Of a stretch of 41,602 nt of DNA, positions 17,248 through 27,150 are shown piece after piece. Where the stretch lies: the UHGV virus genome UHGV-0205140. The stretch is one strand, 5' to 3'. The notes beneath the pieces are model-generated. The model was not told the origin of the DNA. It saw nothing but the letters and a program-made list of their open reading frames with translations, and did no database searches. Each line of letters starts with the position of its first letter. The first letter of the stretch is position 1. Position numbers and translations under genes: made by a program. The stretch is from a virus.

Positions 17248-17694
17248 ATGCAAAGTATCAATTTTGATGAGGGAATAAAAACATTTTCTATCAATGGGGA
17301 CGAGGCAAGGGTGATTCGTATCAATCCAGGAGATCTGAACTTGCTCATCCGATCAGAAGAGGCGCAGAAACATATAGCAGAATATCAGGAGCAAATTAAA
17401 AGAATCCCATTAAATCCAGACGGAACGCCTGTAGATGGATCAGAAGAATCGTCAGACGCTTTACGATCATTTAATTCCATGATGCGGAAGGAACTGAACT
17501 ATATATTTAATGCAGACGTTTATGACACTGTGTTTGCTGGACAGTCCCCTTTATGTACTGTGGGGAAGGAAAAGATGTTCCTTTTTGAAGCCTTTATGCT
17601 CTCCATGATGTCGATTATCAAAAACGAGATTGCTGAATTTAATGCCGCCAGTCAGGCGCGTGTGAAAAAATATACTGGAGGATATTCAAAATGA
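17248..17694 (+). CDS. tail assembly chaperone
   Basis: Position upstream of the tape measure. Acidic protein. Confidence 0.5.
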   Translation: MQSINFDEGIKTFSINGDEARVIRINPGDLNLLIRSEEAQKHIAEYQEQIKRIPLNPDGTPVDGSEESSDALRSFNSMMRKELNYIFNADVYDTVFAGQSPLCTVGKEKMFLFEAFMLSMMSIIKNEIAEFNAASQARVKKYTGGYSK

Positions 17695-18251
17695 TAGGCA
17701 GGCTGCCGACGTCCTTAACTGTGTCAGGCAGTGTTCTTGATATCAGAACCGATTTCCGTGATATCCTCGTTATCATGCAGGCGTTTAATGATCCAGAATT
17801 ATATTTGGATGAACAGTATGAAGTGATGCTGACCATACTGTATGGGGACTTAAACTGTATCCCCCCAGACGCTTTTCCAGAAGCTATCAAGCAGGCGCTG
17901 TGGTTTCTGGACTGTGGACAGCAGGAAGAGGATAAAAAAAGTCCGGTAAAAGTAATGGATTGGGAGCAAGATGAGGCGATCATATTTCCGGCAGTAAACA
18001 AAGTTGCCGGATGTGAGGTAAGGGGGAAAGAATACGTCCATTGGTGGACATTTATGGGATATTTTATGGAAATAGAAGAAGGAACGTTTTCTACGGTTCT
18101 TGGCATTCGCCAGAAAAGAGCAAAGGGAAAGAAACTGGAAAAATGGGAGCAGGAATTTTACCGGAATAATAAAAGACAGTGTGATTTGAAACGTAAACAC
18201 ACAAAAGAGGAACAGGCAGAAATTGACTATTGGAATAGGCTATTGGGGTAG
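17691..18251 (+). CDS. Gp15-like tail assembly protein
   Basis: Position between the chaperone and the tape measure. Overlaps the upstream gene by 4 nt. Confidence 0.4.
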   Translation: MIGRLPTSLTVSGSVLDIRTDFRDILVIMQAFNDPELYLDEQYEVMLTILYGDLNCIPPDAFPEAIKQALWFLDCGQQEEDKKSPVKVMDWEQDEAIIFPAVNKVAGCEVRGKEYVHWWTFMGYFMEIEEGTFSTVLGIRQKRAKGKKLEKWEQEFYRNNKRQCDLKRKHTKEEQAEIDYWNRLLG

Positions 18252-18297
18252 GCGTCGAAAGGCGTCTTATTTTTATACCCGGAAATGAGGTGAGAGC

Positions 18298-21093
18298 ATG
18301 GCATCAGATGGCAGCTTAATATTTGACACGAAGATTGATACCTCTGGTTTTGAAACTTCCAGTCTGGAAAAGGCGGTAGATAGGCTTTCTGCGTTGGTAG
18401 ACAGTTTATCTGCAAAATTGGACAAAACGTTTTCAGATTCAGGGACTGCAGTGTCTGCAACCTCCCGTAAAGTAGACGGCATGGCAGAAGCTGCCAAAAA
18501 GGCAGCAGACGAGATGGAGCGGCTCAGGAAAGAGAAAGCGTCAGTATTTTCAGGAACCATCACGAACAACAATGCGTCTGTATTGGCAACACCAGACAAT
18601 GGAAAACGGTATGATATCTATGGAAATGATGTAGATGTTATGATTGCTAAAAATAAGGAACTGGAAGAGGCAGCGCGGCAGGCATCAACTGCGGTCACTG
18701 CCGAAACACAGAAGGAAGAAAAAAGTGTGTCCAGTTTTAAGGATACTGTGTTTTTGGCGGTTAATGCTTTCAAACATTTTCCCGGAAATATTTCTGCGCT
18801 TTTTAACCGCGTTGGAGAATCTATTGGCAGTACAGATTTTAAGTTCCGTACACTGCAGGATGAGTTAGACCACTATCAAGAAAAACTGTATTATGCAGAG
18901 CGAAAAGGGCTTGGTCTGGGAGATGCAGAGTATGATAAGGCATACAGGGGACTGATGTTGGCTAAAAAAGCGGCAGAGAAATATAAAAGTTCTCTTTTGA
19001 ACGCAGATCAGGGGCAGAAACGGGTCGACAAATCCGCAAATCAAATGAGAAATTCCCTAAATAAAGCGGGGAAGTCCGCAAAAAGCACTGGGAAAGGATT
19101 AAATACCCTGGGGCGTTCCATTATTTTTTCACTGGTTTTTCGTTCTATAAGCATGATTGAGAATCAGATAAAAGAAGGTTTCCAGAATCTGGCCCGGTAC
19201 TCAGACGAGACCAATAAAAGCGCATCCCTGCTTATGTCAGCTAATACGAGGCTTAAAAACAGCTTTGCAACGGCATTTGCGCCGGCATTACAGGTGGCAG
19301 CCCCCGCATTAAAGCAGATTATTGATCTGTTATCTATGGGGGCGACCTATGCAGGGCAGTTTATCGCTGCCCTGACAGGAAAAAGTACCTTTGTAAAGGC
19401 TGTGGATGTGGAGGAAGATTATGCAGCCTCTTTAAAAGAATCCAATGATGAATTAAAAGAGAAGGAAAAGGCAACTAAAAAACTGACATTTGCATTTGAT
19501 GATCTGATACAGGCACAGGGAAGTGATGCTCAGTCAGCAGAAACATACAAACCTCCAACACCGGATCAGATGTTTGAAACTGTAGAGATTGAAACGGATA
19601 TCGTAAAATTTGCGGATAGGGTAAAGGAAATCCTTTCCGGGCTTTTTGACCCTATGCAGCAGTCCTGGGATGAAAACGGATCTGCAGTTATGGACGCAGC
19701 AGAATTTGCCCTTAACCAGCTAAAAAAGTTGGGCAGCGATGTAGGCAGTACATTTATGACTGTGTGGGAAAAAGAGGGCTACGGGAAGGCTGTAACGGAT
19801 GACGTTCTGATTTCTATTTCCAATCTCTTATATACAGTTGGGAACTTGGCACAGGGATTTGATGAGGCATGGACAAGTGGGAATACAGGCCTGCTTATCA
19901 TGCGCCATCTGGGCGATCTTTTGCTGGAGGTAACTGGATTTTTTCGTGATGCAACAGGGGAAATTAGAACATGGTCGGCGACCCTTGATTTTTCTCCGCT
20001 CCTTGTGTCCTTTGATGGGGTATTAGTGAATATGCGCCCCATAGTGAATGCAATAGGTGAGTTGCTTTTGTGGTTTCTCAGTGACGTGCTTCTCCCGCTG
20101 GCAAAGTGGGGATTGGAGAATGCCGTGCCCGCCGCTTTTGATTTGATATCGGCAGCTTTAAAGGTACTGTCCTCAATTTTGAATGCACTGAAACCATTGG
20201 CATTATGGTTATGGGATGAATTCCTGCAGCCGCTTGGACAGTGGACGGGGCAGCTTATCATAGCAGCCCTTGAAAAACTGGTAGAATGGCTTACAAGATT
20301 CTCTGATTGGATTTCACAGAATCAGACCTTGGTAGCCAATATAACGTTGGCGGTGTTGGCGTTTTTTGCGGCATGGAAAATCACGGAATTTGTTACAGGG
20401 ATAGCTAAACTCATAAGTGGACTGGGCGGTTTCATAACAATTGGCGAACAGGTGATCGTTATGTTATCTCGGACTGTATCAAGTATAAGCCCTTTGACAC
20501 TTGCTATATCCAGTATTATTTCTTTAATTTCTGTATTGGCTTTGAATTGGGACTCTATGACTCCAACAGAGAAAGTTATTACCGGTGTACTGGCGCTGGC
20601 ATCCGCCGCGGGAATTCTGGCAGTTGCTCTGGGAGCGTTATCTGGCCCAGCTGGAGCAGCCGTGATGGCAGCCTCTATCGCAGCTGGAGTTGCTGCCGCT
20701 GTAATAGCTATCAACGCAGGTAAGCGTGCCGCGTCGTCTGGATATTCCAATAGTGGGTCCAGAGGCAGAAACGGCTATCCTGTATCAGCTTATGAACTGT
20801 CACTACACGGAATCCCCCGTTTGGCTACAGGCACGGTAGTACCTCCGCGTGCGGGAGAATTTGCGGCTATATTGGGAGATAATAACCGTGATACAGAGAT
20901 TGTCAGTCCGATCCCTGCCATGAAACAGGCTTTTAAAGAAGCAATCGAGGAAATGGGTGGAGTCGGTGGAAATAATACACTGCGGGCAGACTTGATTATA
21001 GATGGGACAAAGTTTGGACAGTTGGTTTATAAATTTAATAATCAGGAGAAACAACGCGTTGGTGTGAGAATGGTGGTGGAAGGGCAAGCATGA
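18298..21093 (+). CDS. tail tape measure protein
   Basis: 931 aa. N-terminal coiled coil, central hydrophobic segments and Gly/Ala-rich TM-like segments. Canonical position. Confidence 0.8.
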   Translation: MASDGSLIFDTKIDTSGFETSSLEKAVDRLSALVDSLSAKLDKTFSDSGTAVSATSRKVDGMAEAAKKAADEMERLRKEKASVFSGTITNNNASVLATPDNGKRYDIYGNDVDVMIAKNKELEEAARQASTAVTAETQKEEKSVSSFKDTVFLAVNAFKHFPGNISALFNRVGESIGSTDFKFRTLQDELDHYQEKLYYAERKGLGLGDAEYDKAYRGLMLAKKAAEKYKSSLLNADQGQKRVDKSANQMRNSLNKAGKSAKSTGKGLNTLGRSIIFSLVFRSISMIENQIKEGFQNLARYSDETNKSASLLMSANTRLKNSFATAFAPALQVAAPALKQIIDLLSMGATYAGQFIAALTGKSTFVKAVDVEEDYAASLKESNDELKEKEKATKKLTFAFDDLIQAQGSDAQSAETYKPPTPDQMFETVEIETDIVKFADRVKEILSGLFDPMQQSWDENGSAVMDAAEFALNQLKKLGSDVGSTFMTVWEKEGYGKAVTDDVLISISNLLYTVGNLAQGFDEAWTSGNTGLLIMRHLGDLLLEVTGFFRDATGEIRTWSATLDFSPLLVSFDGVLVNMRPIVNAIGELLLWFLSDVLLPLAKWGLENAVPAAFDLISAALKVLSSILNALKPLALWLWDEFLQPLGQWTGQLIIAALEKLVEWLTRFSDWISQNQTLVANITLAVLAFFAAWKITEFVTGIAKLISGLGGFITIGEQVIVMLSRTVSSISPLTLAISSIISLISVLALNWDSMTPTEKVITGVLALASAAGILAVALGALSGPAGAAVMAASIAAGVAAAVIAINAGKRAASSGYSNSGSRGRNGYPVSAYELSLHGIPRLATGTVVPPRAGEFAAILGDNNRDTEIVSPIPAMKQAFKEAIEEMGGVGGNNTLRADLIIDGTKFGQLVYKFNNQEKQRVGVRMVVEGQA

Positions 21094-21476
21094 CCGAAAC
21101 GATATTTTCTATAGATGGCGTAGAACTTAGGGTGAATGTAATGAGTCTCGAAAGGGGATTCTCGGTAACGGATACGAAGAACTCAGGACGACTTCAAAAC
21201 TACGGTATGTATCGGGAAGTGGCCGGTACTTTTTATAATTACACGCTGGAGATTGAACCTTATCCGGGATATAGGGATGACTATGATACATTTTATGAAA
21301 TCATATCCGCTCCTGTCAGATCCCATCAGATGACATTTCCTTACGCGCAGAGGAATCTAACATTTGAAGCCTATGTGACACAGGGGAAAGATAAAATGAA
21401 ACGGATCAAAGGGAAAAACCTGTGGAGCGGGTTGTCCATATATTTTGTAGCCATGGAACCACAGAGGAGGCCATGA
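21090..21476 (+). CDS. tail component (short distal-tail-like protein)
   Basis: Overlaps the tape-measure stop. Call from gene order. Confidence 0.3.
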   Translation: MTETIFSIDGVELRVNVMSLERGFSVTDTKNSGRLQNYGMYREVAGTFYNYTLEIEPYPGYRDDYDTFYEIISAPVRSHQMTFPYAQRNLTFEAYVTQGKDKMKRIKGKNLWSGLSIYFVAMEPQRRP

Positions 21477-21479
21477 GAG

Positions 21480-23273
21480 ATGTTCCTGAAAGAGTCAATC
21501 CGCTCAGACGCGGCAGAAAATACAGAAGGGTTAAAGATTGTATATGACGATGTGGCGCCATACGCAAAAGAGCACAGCAGCCCTCAGGTGATCCAGTCCG
21601 GCCTGCGCCCGCGGAAGGTGCTGTATCCAGGCAATGGGCTGGTGCCGCAAAAGACAGTCGTCCAGAAGGCATTTCCAGAACTTAAAAGAGATGACCTGAT
21701 CTATCCAGGGTACTCCTTGTGCCTTCCGAGATTTGCGTTGATGAATGGTAAGTATGTCAATTTTCCTGATGATGCAGAAAATTACGGGTATATATCGGAT
21801 GAGGTGTCAGATGAAAACGGCCGTCTGGCAAAGATAATAAATTCTGCAGGCGTGCGCCCAAGCAAAAAGCTCAAACCAGGCCTGTTTGTATTTCCATCCA
21901 GTACATTGCGACAGGTGACCAAATCCCCAGAACTTACCGTAATGTTTAGCCAAAAATTTACAAGTGTTGGCCTTCTGTTGACGTTTAATATGATGTCAGG
22001 CGATTACTGTACAAAGCTGAGGGTTAAATGGTATTCGGAAGGCAAACTGCTGTCCGACATGGAATTTATGCCGGATGCAGTACGGTACTTTTGCAGTAAT
22101 TATGTGCAGCTGTACGATAAAATTGTGATTACGTTTTACGAAACATCACAACCATTTCGTCCGGTATTTATTACAAGGATTGATTATGGGATATACCGTG
22201 ATTTCTTTTCCGATGAACTTTTAACAACCTCCTGCTTACAGGAAGTCAACGCAATCAGCGAAAATATCAGTGTCAATACACTGAATTTTACGGTACGGAC
22301 AGAAACCAATATACCGTTTGACTTTCAAAAGAAACAGAAACTTGCGGTGTATTTTAACGGGCAGAGGATCGGAAACTTTTATCTGAAAAACGGTGCCAGA
22401 AAAAACCGGACAGACTACCAGATGGACAGTCATGATGCTATTGGCGTGCTGGATGGAAATGAATTTACTGGAGGGATTTACACCGGACAGACAGCGGCAG
22501 TGGTGATCGGGCAGATATTTGACGGGGAAGATTTTGGCTATCTTCTGGATGATACGTTGTCAGATATTCCATTGTTCGGACACATCCCATATACAACGAA
22601 ACGAAACGCTCTGGTACAGGTTGCCTTTGCGATTGGGGCAGTGGTAGATACGAGTAATTATGATGGGGTCATGATTTATTCGCAGCAAACGGAATTGTCA
22701 GGGACATTTACCCAGGCAGATGCATTTGATGGTTTGACGCTGGAACACAGCGATGTAGTTACAGGTATAAGGATTTCTGTGCATACATACCAGCCATCAG
22801 AGGAGATAGAAGAACTTTATAATGATGTGTTAAATGGTACAGCGGAAGTTATTTTTTCAGAACCGCATTATGATTTGTCGGTTACTGGCGGAGAACTGGT
22901 TAAACATGGCGATAACTATGCCGTGATTAAAGGCACAGGGGAGACAGTGATTCTTAGGGGCAAAAAATATACGCACTTGACGACATCGCTTTTAAAAGAG
23001 AACCCTGCTATTGTGTTCAATAAAAATGTAAAAGAGGTGTCAAGTGCTACTCTGGTACATACAGGCAATGCAAAAGAAGTTCTGAACCGTGTGTATGAAT
23101 ATTACCAGCGTGCTGAAAACGTAAGGGGTGACGTACTTTTGTCAAGTAAGATGCTGGGACAAGTAGTAGGTGTTGATACTGCATATGATGGACAGAGGGA
23201 AGGAACGATCGAAAGCATATCATATCAGTTTGGAATAAAAGAAATCCGGGCGGAGGTGGTAATACATGAGTAA
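21480..23273 (+). CDS. tail tip / baseplate protein (Tal-like position)
   Basis: 597 aa in the position of the tail-associated lysin/tip protein. No recognisable catalytic motif. Confidence 0.35.
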   Translation: MFLKESIRSDAAENTEGLKIVYDDVAPYAKEHSSPQVIQSGLRPRKVLYPGNGLVPQKTVVQKAFPELKRDDLIYPGYSLCLPRFALMNGKYVNFPDDAENYGYISDEVSDENGRLAKIINSAGVRPSKKLKPGLFVFPSSTLRQVTKSPELTVMFSQKFTSVGLLLTFNMMSGDYCTKLRVKWYSEGKLLSDMEFMPDAVRYFCSNYVQLYDKIVITFYETSQPFRPVFITRIDYGIYRDFFSDELLTTSCLQEVNAISENISVNTLNFTVRTETNIPFDFQKKQKLAVYFNGQRIGNFYLKNGARKNRTDYQMDSHDAIGVLDGNEFTGGIYTGQTAAVVIGQIFDGEDFGYLLDDTLSDIPLFGHIPYTTKRNALVQVAFAIGAVVDTSNYDGVMIYSQQTELSGTFTQADAFDGLTLEHSDVVTGIRISVHTYQPSEEIEELYNDVLNGTAEVIFSEPHYDLSVTGGELVKHGDNYAVIKGTGETVILRGKKYTHLTTSLLKENPAIVFNKNVKEVSSATLVHTGNAKEVLNRVYEYYQRAENVRGDVLLSSKMLGQVVGVDTAYDGQREGTIESISYQFGIKEIRAEVVIHE

Positions 23274-23706
23274 ATATCTGGATGCGCTGATTTTTGACCG
23301 TGTGGCGGCAGATGTACAGGAACTGACAGACAAAGCGTATATTGATTACAGGGATTTAAATCGTATTGAGTCAGCGATCAAATGGGTTTCTTATGTGTTA
23401 AACAAATATGGATACAGGAATGTTACAGATAACAAACTTAACTGGAAACCCGAAGACCGACGAACAGATAGGGAAATGGATCGGCTGCGAACTAATCTTA
23501 TAACAATTCGGGAGGCTTACTATACGCTTCCCAGTACCCCGCAGACCCCAGAGAAAATCACGTTTGCGTCTGTTTATCAGGCGAATTTTATTGAAAAGAT
23601 TATATTTGATATAGGAGATTTGATTGAAAAATCATTTCCTGGTCCATATAGATTATCCTTTCATTTGGGAAAACGTACATTTGGAAACAGGAGCATAAAC
23701 ATATGA
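23266..23706 (+). CDS. hypothetical tail-associated protein
   Basis: GGAGGTGG RBS. Overlapping starts and stops within the tail operon. Confidence 0.4.
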   Translation: MSKYLDALIFDRVAADVQELTDKAYIDYRDLNRIESAIKWVSYVLNKYGYRNVTDNKLNWKPEDRRTDREMDRLRTNLITIREAYYTLPSTPQTPEKITFASVYQANFIEKIIFDIGDLIEKSFPGPYRLSFHLGKRTFGNRSINI

Positions 23707-24203
23707 GTTTAAAGACTACTTACAGAGATGATAAATTTTCAGGACGCCGCAAATACCGGATGATCGAGAATGAAGATGGTACTATCAGCTTTGACGATGT
23801 AACGGACTATGCAGAGGAAGGGGATATATTTTCTTCTAACGATATCAATGTAACAAACAAAGCGATCAATGATGCAAATGAGAAAATAAAAACAACAAAA
23901 AAACAGATCGAAGATCTGGATGCAGAACTAAAGGGGCAGAGTGTGGTAAATGTACCTGCCAATAATTGGAGTCAATCTGTTCCATATTCGCAAAAAATAT
24001 CTGTTCCAGGGATTACGGCAGAGGATAGCCCGTCGGTCGGGGGGCCCTGGCTTGGGGATTCTCCGTCTGTAGATGTGGCCAAAAACAGAAAAAAGGCGTT
24101 TGGGTATGTGGATCGTGCTGTGAGTGGAGAAGGAACTATAATGCTGTATTGCTATGGTTCAAGGCCCACTGTAGATTTTTCAATCATGATAAAGGGGGTA
24201 TAA
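23703..24203 (+). CDS. hypothetical tail fibre-associated protein
   Basis: Coupled within the operon. Confidence 0.4.
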   Translation: MSLKTTYRDDKFSGRRKYRMIENEDGTISFDDVTDYAEEGDIFSSNDINVTNKAINDANEKIKTTKKQIEDLDAELKGQSVVNVPANNWSQSVPYSQKISVPGITAEDSPSVGGPWLGDSPSVDVAKNRKKAFGYVDRAVSGEGTIMLYCYGSRPTVDFSIMIKGV

Positions 24204-24206
24204 ATT

Positions 24207-24611
24207 ATGGCAGAGTGCCGGGTATATAACGGAAGTGCTTTTAACAATGAAATCTTAACTGCAAAAAGGGAAGATGTTCTGCCTCCGTATATTTTTGTAG
24301 GAAATGAAAGTGAGAATGCAGCGGTTGGCAGTATGGTAGAAAATGGTACAGTTCAAGCAGAACTTCCCATCAATGGGACCTATATGATCCCGGAAGGCCA
24401 CGCCAACTCTGTGAAAGTGACGCAGGAAATTCCGGTAATTGGACCACAATATATAGTTCCAACAATCAATGGACTAAAGGCAGGAGTGAAAGGGGCATAT
24501 ATGACTGGAAATGTGGTCATAGCTGCTATACAGGGAATATCGGAAGATGTAATAAAAAAAGGTGTGCAGATAGGTTCGTATACGGGAAAATTTGAAGGCT
24601 TCGTAGATTAG
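24207..24611 (+). CDS. fibre-like protein, paralogue A (shared N-terminal module)
   Basis: N-terminal roughly 100 aa align by eye with the N-terminus of the 24625 gene. AAAGGGGG RBS. Confidence 0.45.
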   Translation: MAECRVYNGSAFNNEILTAKREDVLPPYIFVGNESENAAVGSMVENGTVQAELPINGTYMIPEGHANSVKVTQEIPVIGPQYIVPTINGLKAGVKGAYMTGNVVIAAIQGISEDVIKKGVQIGSYTGKFEGFVD

Positions 24612-24624
24612 GTGGTGAAAACTG

Positions 24625-25557
24625 GTGGAGTGTATAGTAAAGAATACAGGTGCGGCTTTAGACATCCGTGGATTGACGGCTAAGCCAGGGTATGTAAAAA
24701 AGGGCAAAACTTTTATTGGACAGGGCAGCGATGAAGAACAGATAGGTACCATGCCGATCATTGATGCCGCTGATCATGTCTTGACAATTAACGGGGAGTA
24801 TCAGTCGGCAGCAGGCTACTATGCCGCAGGCAGCAGGATTGTGCAAAACATTCCGACCATGGAACAGCAATATATAATTCCTAGTGGCGAGCAGCAGACA
24901 GTAGAGACAAAGGATAAATATATGATAGAAGATGTAGTCATAGCAGGGCTACCAAATCTAAATGCCTTTAATATAAAAAAGGGGACAGTTATAAAACTTG
25001 GTGACTACACAATTATCGGAGTTTATGAAGGGTATGAGAACAACGATCCTATGGTGCCATATTATAACGGCGTATTTGCTCCTGGCCAATCGATAAACTC
25101 TTTTCCTGCATTTGGAAGAAAAGCCGGAGAATATTATGTGGGAGATGTGACGTTCGGACGCGATAATCTGCATCTTGAAAATCCGCTGGATACACGTTAT
25201 GTAACAACGGCGATCGTTTTTAACAGGCCATTGAATTTTGACGAAATCAATGAGATTGAATTGCGGTATTCTCTGGATAATGCAACAGGTGGATGTTCGG
25301 TTCTGGCAGCGACAGGATATGAAACGGAGTATATTTATAGAAGGGCTGATAGTGGCTCTGGAAAAACTTATCACGAAGGACTTGGAACTTACTGGCAGCG
25401 TGAAATACCAGACACAAATGGCAATGTCAGCAACCGTACGCTTAATGTGGCATCAGTTACAGGAAGCAGGTACCTATACATATCGCTTAGTATGCGTACT
25501 ACGTCAAGTATAGCGATTGCCAATCTGACATTACGAGAGTTGAAGTGTAAAAAGTAA
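24625..25557 (+). CDS. fibre-like protein, paralogue B, with a longer distinct C-terminal domain
   Basis: GTG start with an AGGTGGTGA RBS. N-terminus paralogous to the 24207 gene. Confidence 0.45.
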   Translation: MECIVKNTGAALDIRGLTAKPGYVKKGKTFIGQGSDEEQIGTMPIIDAADHVLTINGEYQSAAGYYAAGSRIVQNIPTMEQQYIIPSGEQQTVETKDKYMIEDVVIAGLPNLNAFNIKKGTVIKLGDYTIIGVYEGYENNDPMVPYYNGVFAPGQSINSFPAFGRKAGEYYVGDVTFGRDNLHLENPLDTRYVTTAIVFNRPLNFDEINEIELRYSLDNATGGCSVLAATGYETEYIYRRADSGSGKTYHEGLGTYWQREIPDTNGNVSNRTLNVASVTGSRYLYISLSMRTTSSIAIANLTLRELKCKK

Positions 25558-25568
25558 GGAGAGAAAAC

Positions 25569-26252
25569 ATGGCAGAGAAGGAATATATACCTACACATTG
25601 GGTGAATGATTCAGAACCAGATATTGATGCGGAACATTTGAACAATATGGAAGAAGGAATTCAAGGTCTGTATAAACCGGAATTTGACGATAGTGGAACG
25701 GTAGAAGGGATTACCAGCTTTCCAGCATTCCTTGAGAAGGTAGTCAGTAAAATGAATCCTATTACATTTTACAAGAACTTTAAAGCTGGAATGTCATTTA
25801 TCCTTCATGCTGGCCAGCTTGTAAATAATGGCTTGTGCAACGAACCGGGAAAGTATCCACTTGATGCTGCTTTTGGAAAGAATCTCCAGGATCAGATCAC
25901 TCAACAAAATAGCAATTTAGGAGATACAGGAAGCCGACTAGAATCGCTGTCCAGTGACCTTAATACAGTCAAAACAAATGTGGATCCGGTTAAGTCATCA
26001 TACATTGACAATGCAGACACTAACATTCTCAACCGGATTAACCTTGTTGTTTGGGACCCAGATACAGCCAGTACCCCATATAAAACCGGAAACACTGTAT
26101 ATGGTAATGGTTTCTGCATCACCTACAGCACCGGTGATCAATGGCTGTGCCAGCTTGCAATGGCAGTTGGTGATCCTAATCTGTTCACTCGATACAAGCG
26201 CCTCGGGACATGGTCCGGCTGGACCACAATAGGCACATCATCCAGTGTATAA
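25569..26252 (+). CDS. tail fibre protein (XkdV-like conserved N-terminus)
   Basis: N-terminal YIPTHWVNDSEPDIDAEHLNNMEEGI matches the Firmicutes phage tail-fibre N-terminal motif W..G..I.A..LNN.E.GI. AAGGAGAG RBS. Confidence 0.6.
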   Translation: MAEKEYIPTHWVNDSEPDIDAEHLNNMEEGIQGLYKPEFDDSGTVEGITSFPAFLEKVVSKMNPITFYKNFKAGMSFILHAGQLVNNGLCNEPGKYPLDAAFGKNLQDQITQQNSNLGDTGSRLESLSSDLNTVKTNVDPVKSSYIDNADTNILNRINLVVWDPDTASTPYKTGNTVYGNGFCITYSTGDQWLCQLAMAVGDPNLFTRYKRLGTWSGWTTIGTSSSV

Positions 26253-26253
26253 T

Positions 26254-26532
26254 TTATGATTTTTCTGTCCAGTCAGTCCAGGGCGATTCGTTGACCTTTG
26301 TTCGTATTCCACCAGAAAATGAACCTGACCGAAATACACGTTGCCAACGCCAGGATGAGTTATCTCCTGGCCCCATTCCTTGGCCAAAGCAAAACAAAAT
26401 TCCGTATCCGCTTTCTATTCCAGCTGTTCCCATATTGGTCTGATGATCAATGATATAAATCCCATTTACATCAGCATCGTCGGCGTTATTGTTAGGAGGA
26501 AGTTGATTTTTATAAAAAATAGCCCCAGACAT
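26254..26532 (-). pseudogene. inverted, promoterless, RBS-less paralogue of the tail-fibre C-terminal tip (silent cassette or remnant)
   Basis: The minus-strand ORF product ...GYGILFCFGQG...PGDNSSWRWQRVF...IRTKVNESPWTDWTEKS aligns with the fibre C-terminus ...GNGFCITYSTGDQW...TRYKRLGTWSGWTTI. Its stop is 1 nt from the fibre stop. There is no SD before its ATG and an in-frame stop 3 codons upstream. Confidence 0.4.
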
Positions 26533-26640
26533 ATTGCTATATCATTTAGTCTACAGCGTCAAAAGTTGAAAATTAGGGTCTATTAAGGCCCTTTTTGTAT
26601 ATTTATCCATAACAAAAAGTAAAGAAAGAGAGGAAAAGAA

Positions 26641-27021
26641 ATGAAAGACACAATGATTTTAAAGGATGGAACCACAGTGGAATTGGAGGTGGGTGCATCT
26701 CTTGCAGCGATCCAAGTAGCAGCAGCTGACAGAACAGCAATGCTGCAGATCTGGCAGAAACTGACCGAGGAGAACCTGGCAGAGGTACAGATCAAGAACG
26801 GAAGCGGGCTGACGGTCGGAACGTATACAGATCTTATGCTGGTATCTGAAACGTCCACAGTGGATGCGGATGGAGCCGTAACCACCACCTACAATCTGCG
26901 GGAAAAAAGCGCGATAGAAAAACGCCTGGACAGCGTTGAAACTGGTCAGAAGATTCAGGACGGCGCTATCGGAGATCTGGGAGAAACGGTTGGGGCGCTT
27001 GCAGAGGGAGGTGAGGTATAA
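26641..27021 (+). CDS. hypothetical protein
   Basis: AGAGAGGAAAAGAA RBS. Confidence 0.45.
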   Translation: MKDTMILKDGTTVELEVGASLAAIQVAAADRTAMLQIWQKLTEENLAEVQIKNGSGLTVGTYTDLMLVSETSTVDADGAVTTTYNLREKSAIEKRLDSVETGQKIQDGAIGDLGETVGALAEGGEV

Positions 27022-27134
27022 TGGGGGCTTTTTATGGAACACAGATTCGGGCAGGAGAGATCACGCTGGAAGATGTACCTAAATTCTGGCGTAAGAAAAC
27101 AGAAAAATGGCTGAAAGAAAATCCTGAAAAATAA
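27021..27134 (+). CDS. XkdX-family-like small protein, 37 aa
   Basis: MGAFYGTQIRAGEITLEDVPKFW... The ATG overlaps the upstream stop. Fits the roughly 40-aa XkdX pattern with a central G.IT motif. Confidence 0.35.
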   Translation: MGAFYGTQIRAGEITLEDVPKFWRKKTEKWLKENPEK

Positions 27135-27150
27135 GAATGAGAGGTATAAG

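Noticed and set aside
19779-20750. Two minus-strand ORFs (160 aa and 142 aa) inside the tape measure gene
   Set aside because: They are antisense to a continuous 931-aa tape-measure ORF in its canonical position.
26380-26586. 68-aa plus-strand ORF across the inverted fibre-tip cassette
   Set aside because: It has no RBS and low complexity. It overlaps the better-supported minus-strand paralogue region.
25569-26640. Diversity-generating retroelement (template/variable repeat) explanation for the inverted fibre-tip copy
   Set aside because: There is no reverse transcriptase ORF anywhere in the window. The two copies differ throughout at the DNA level rather than specifically at adenines, and the copy is inverted.
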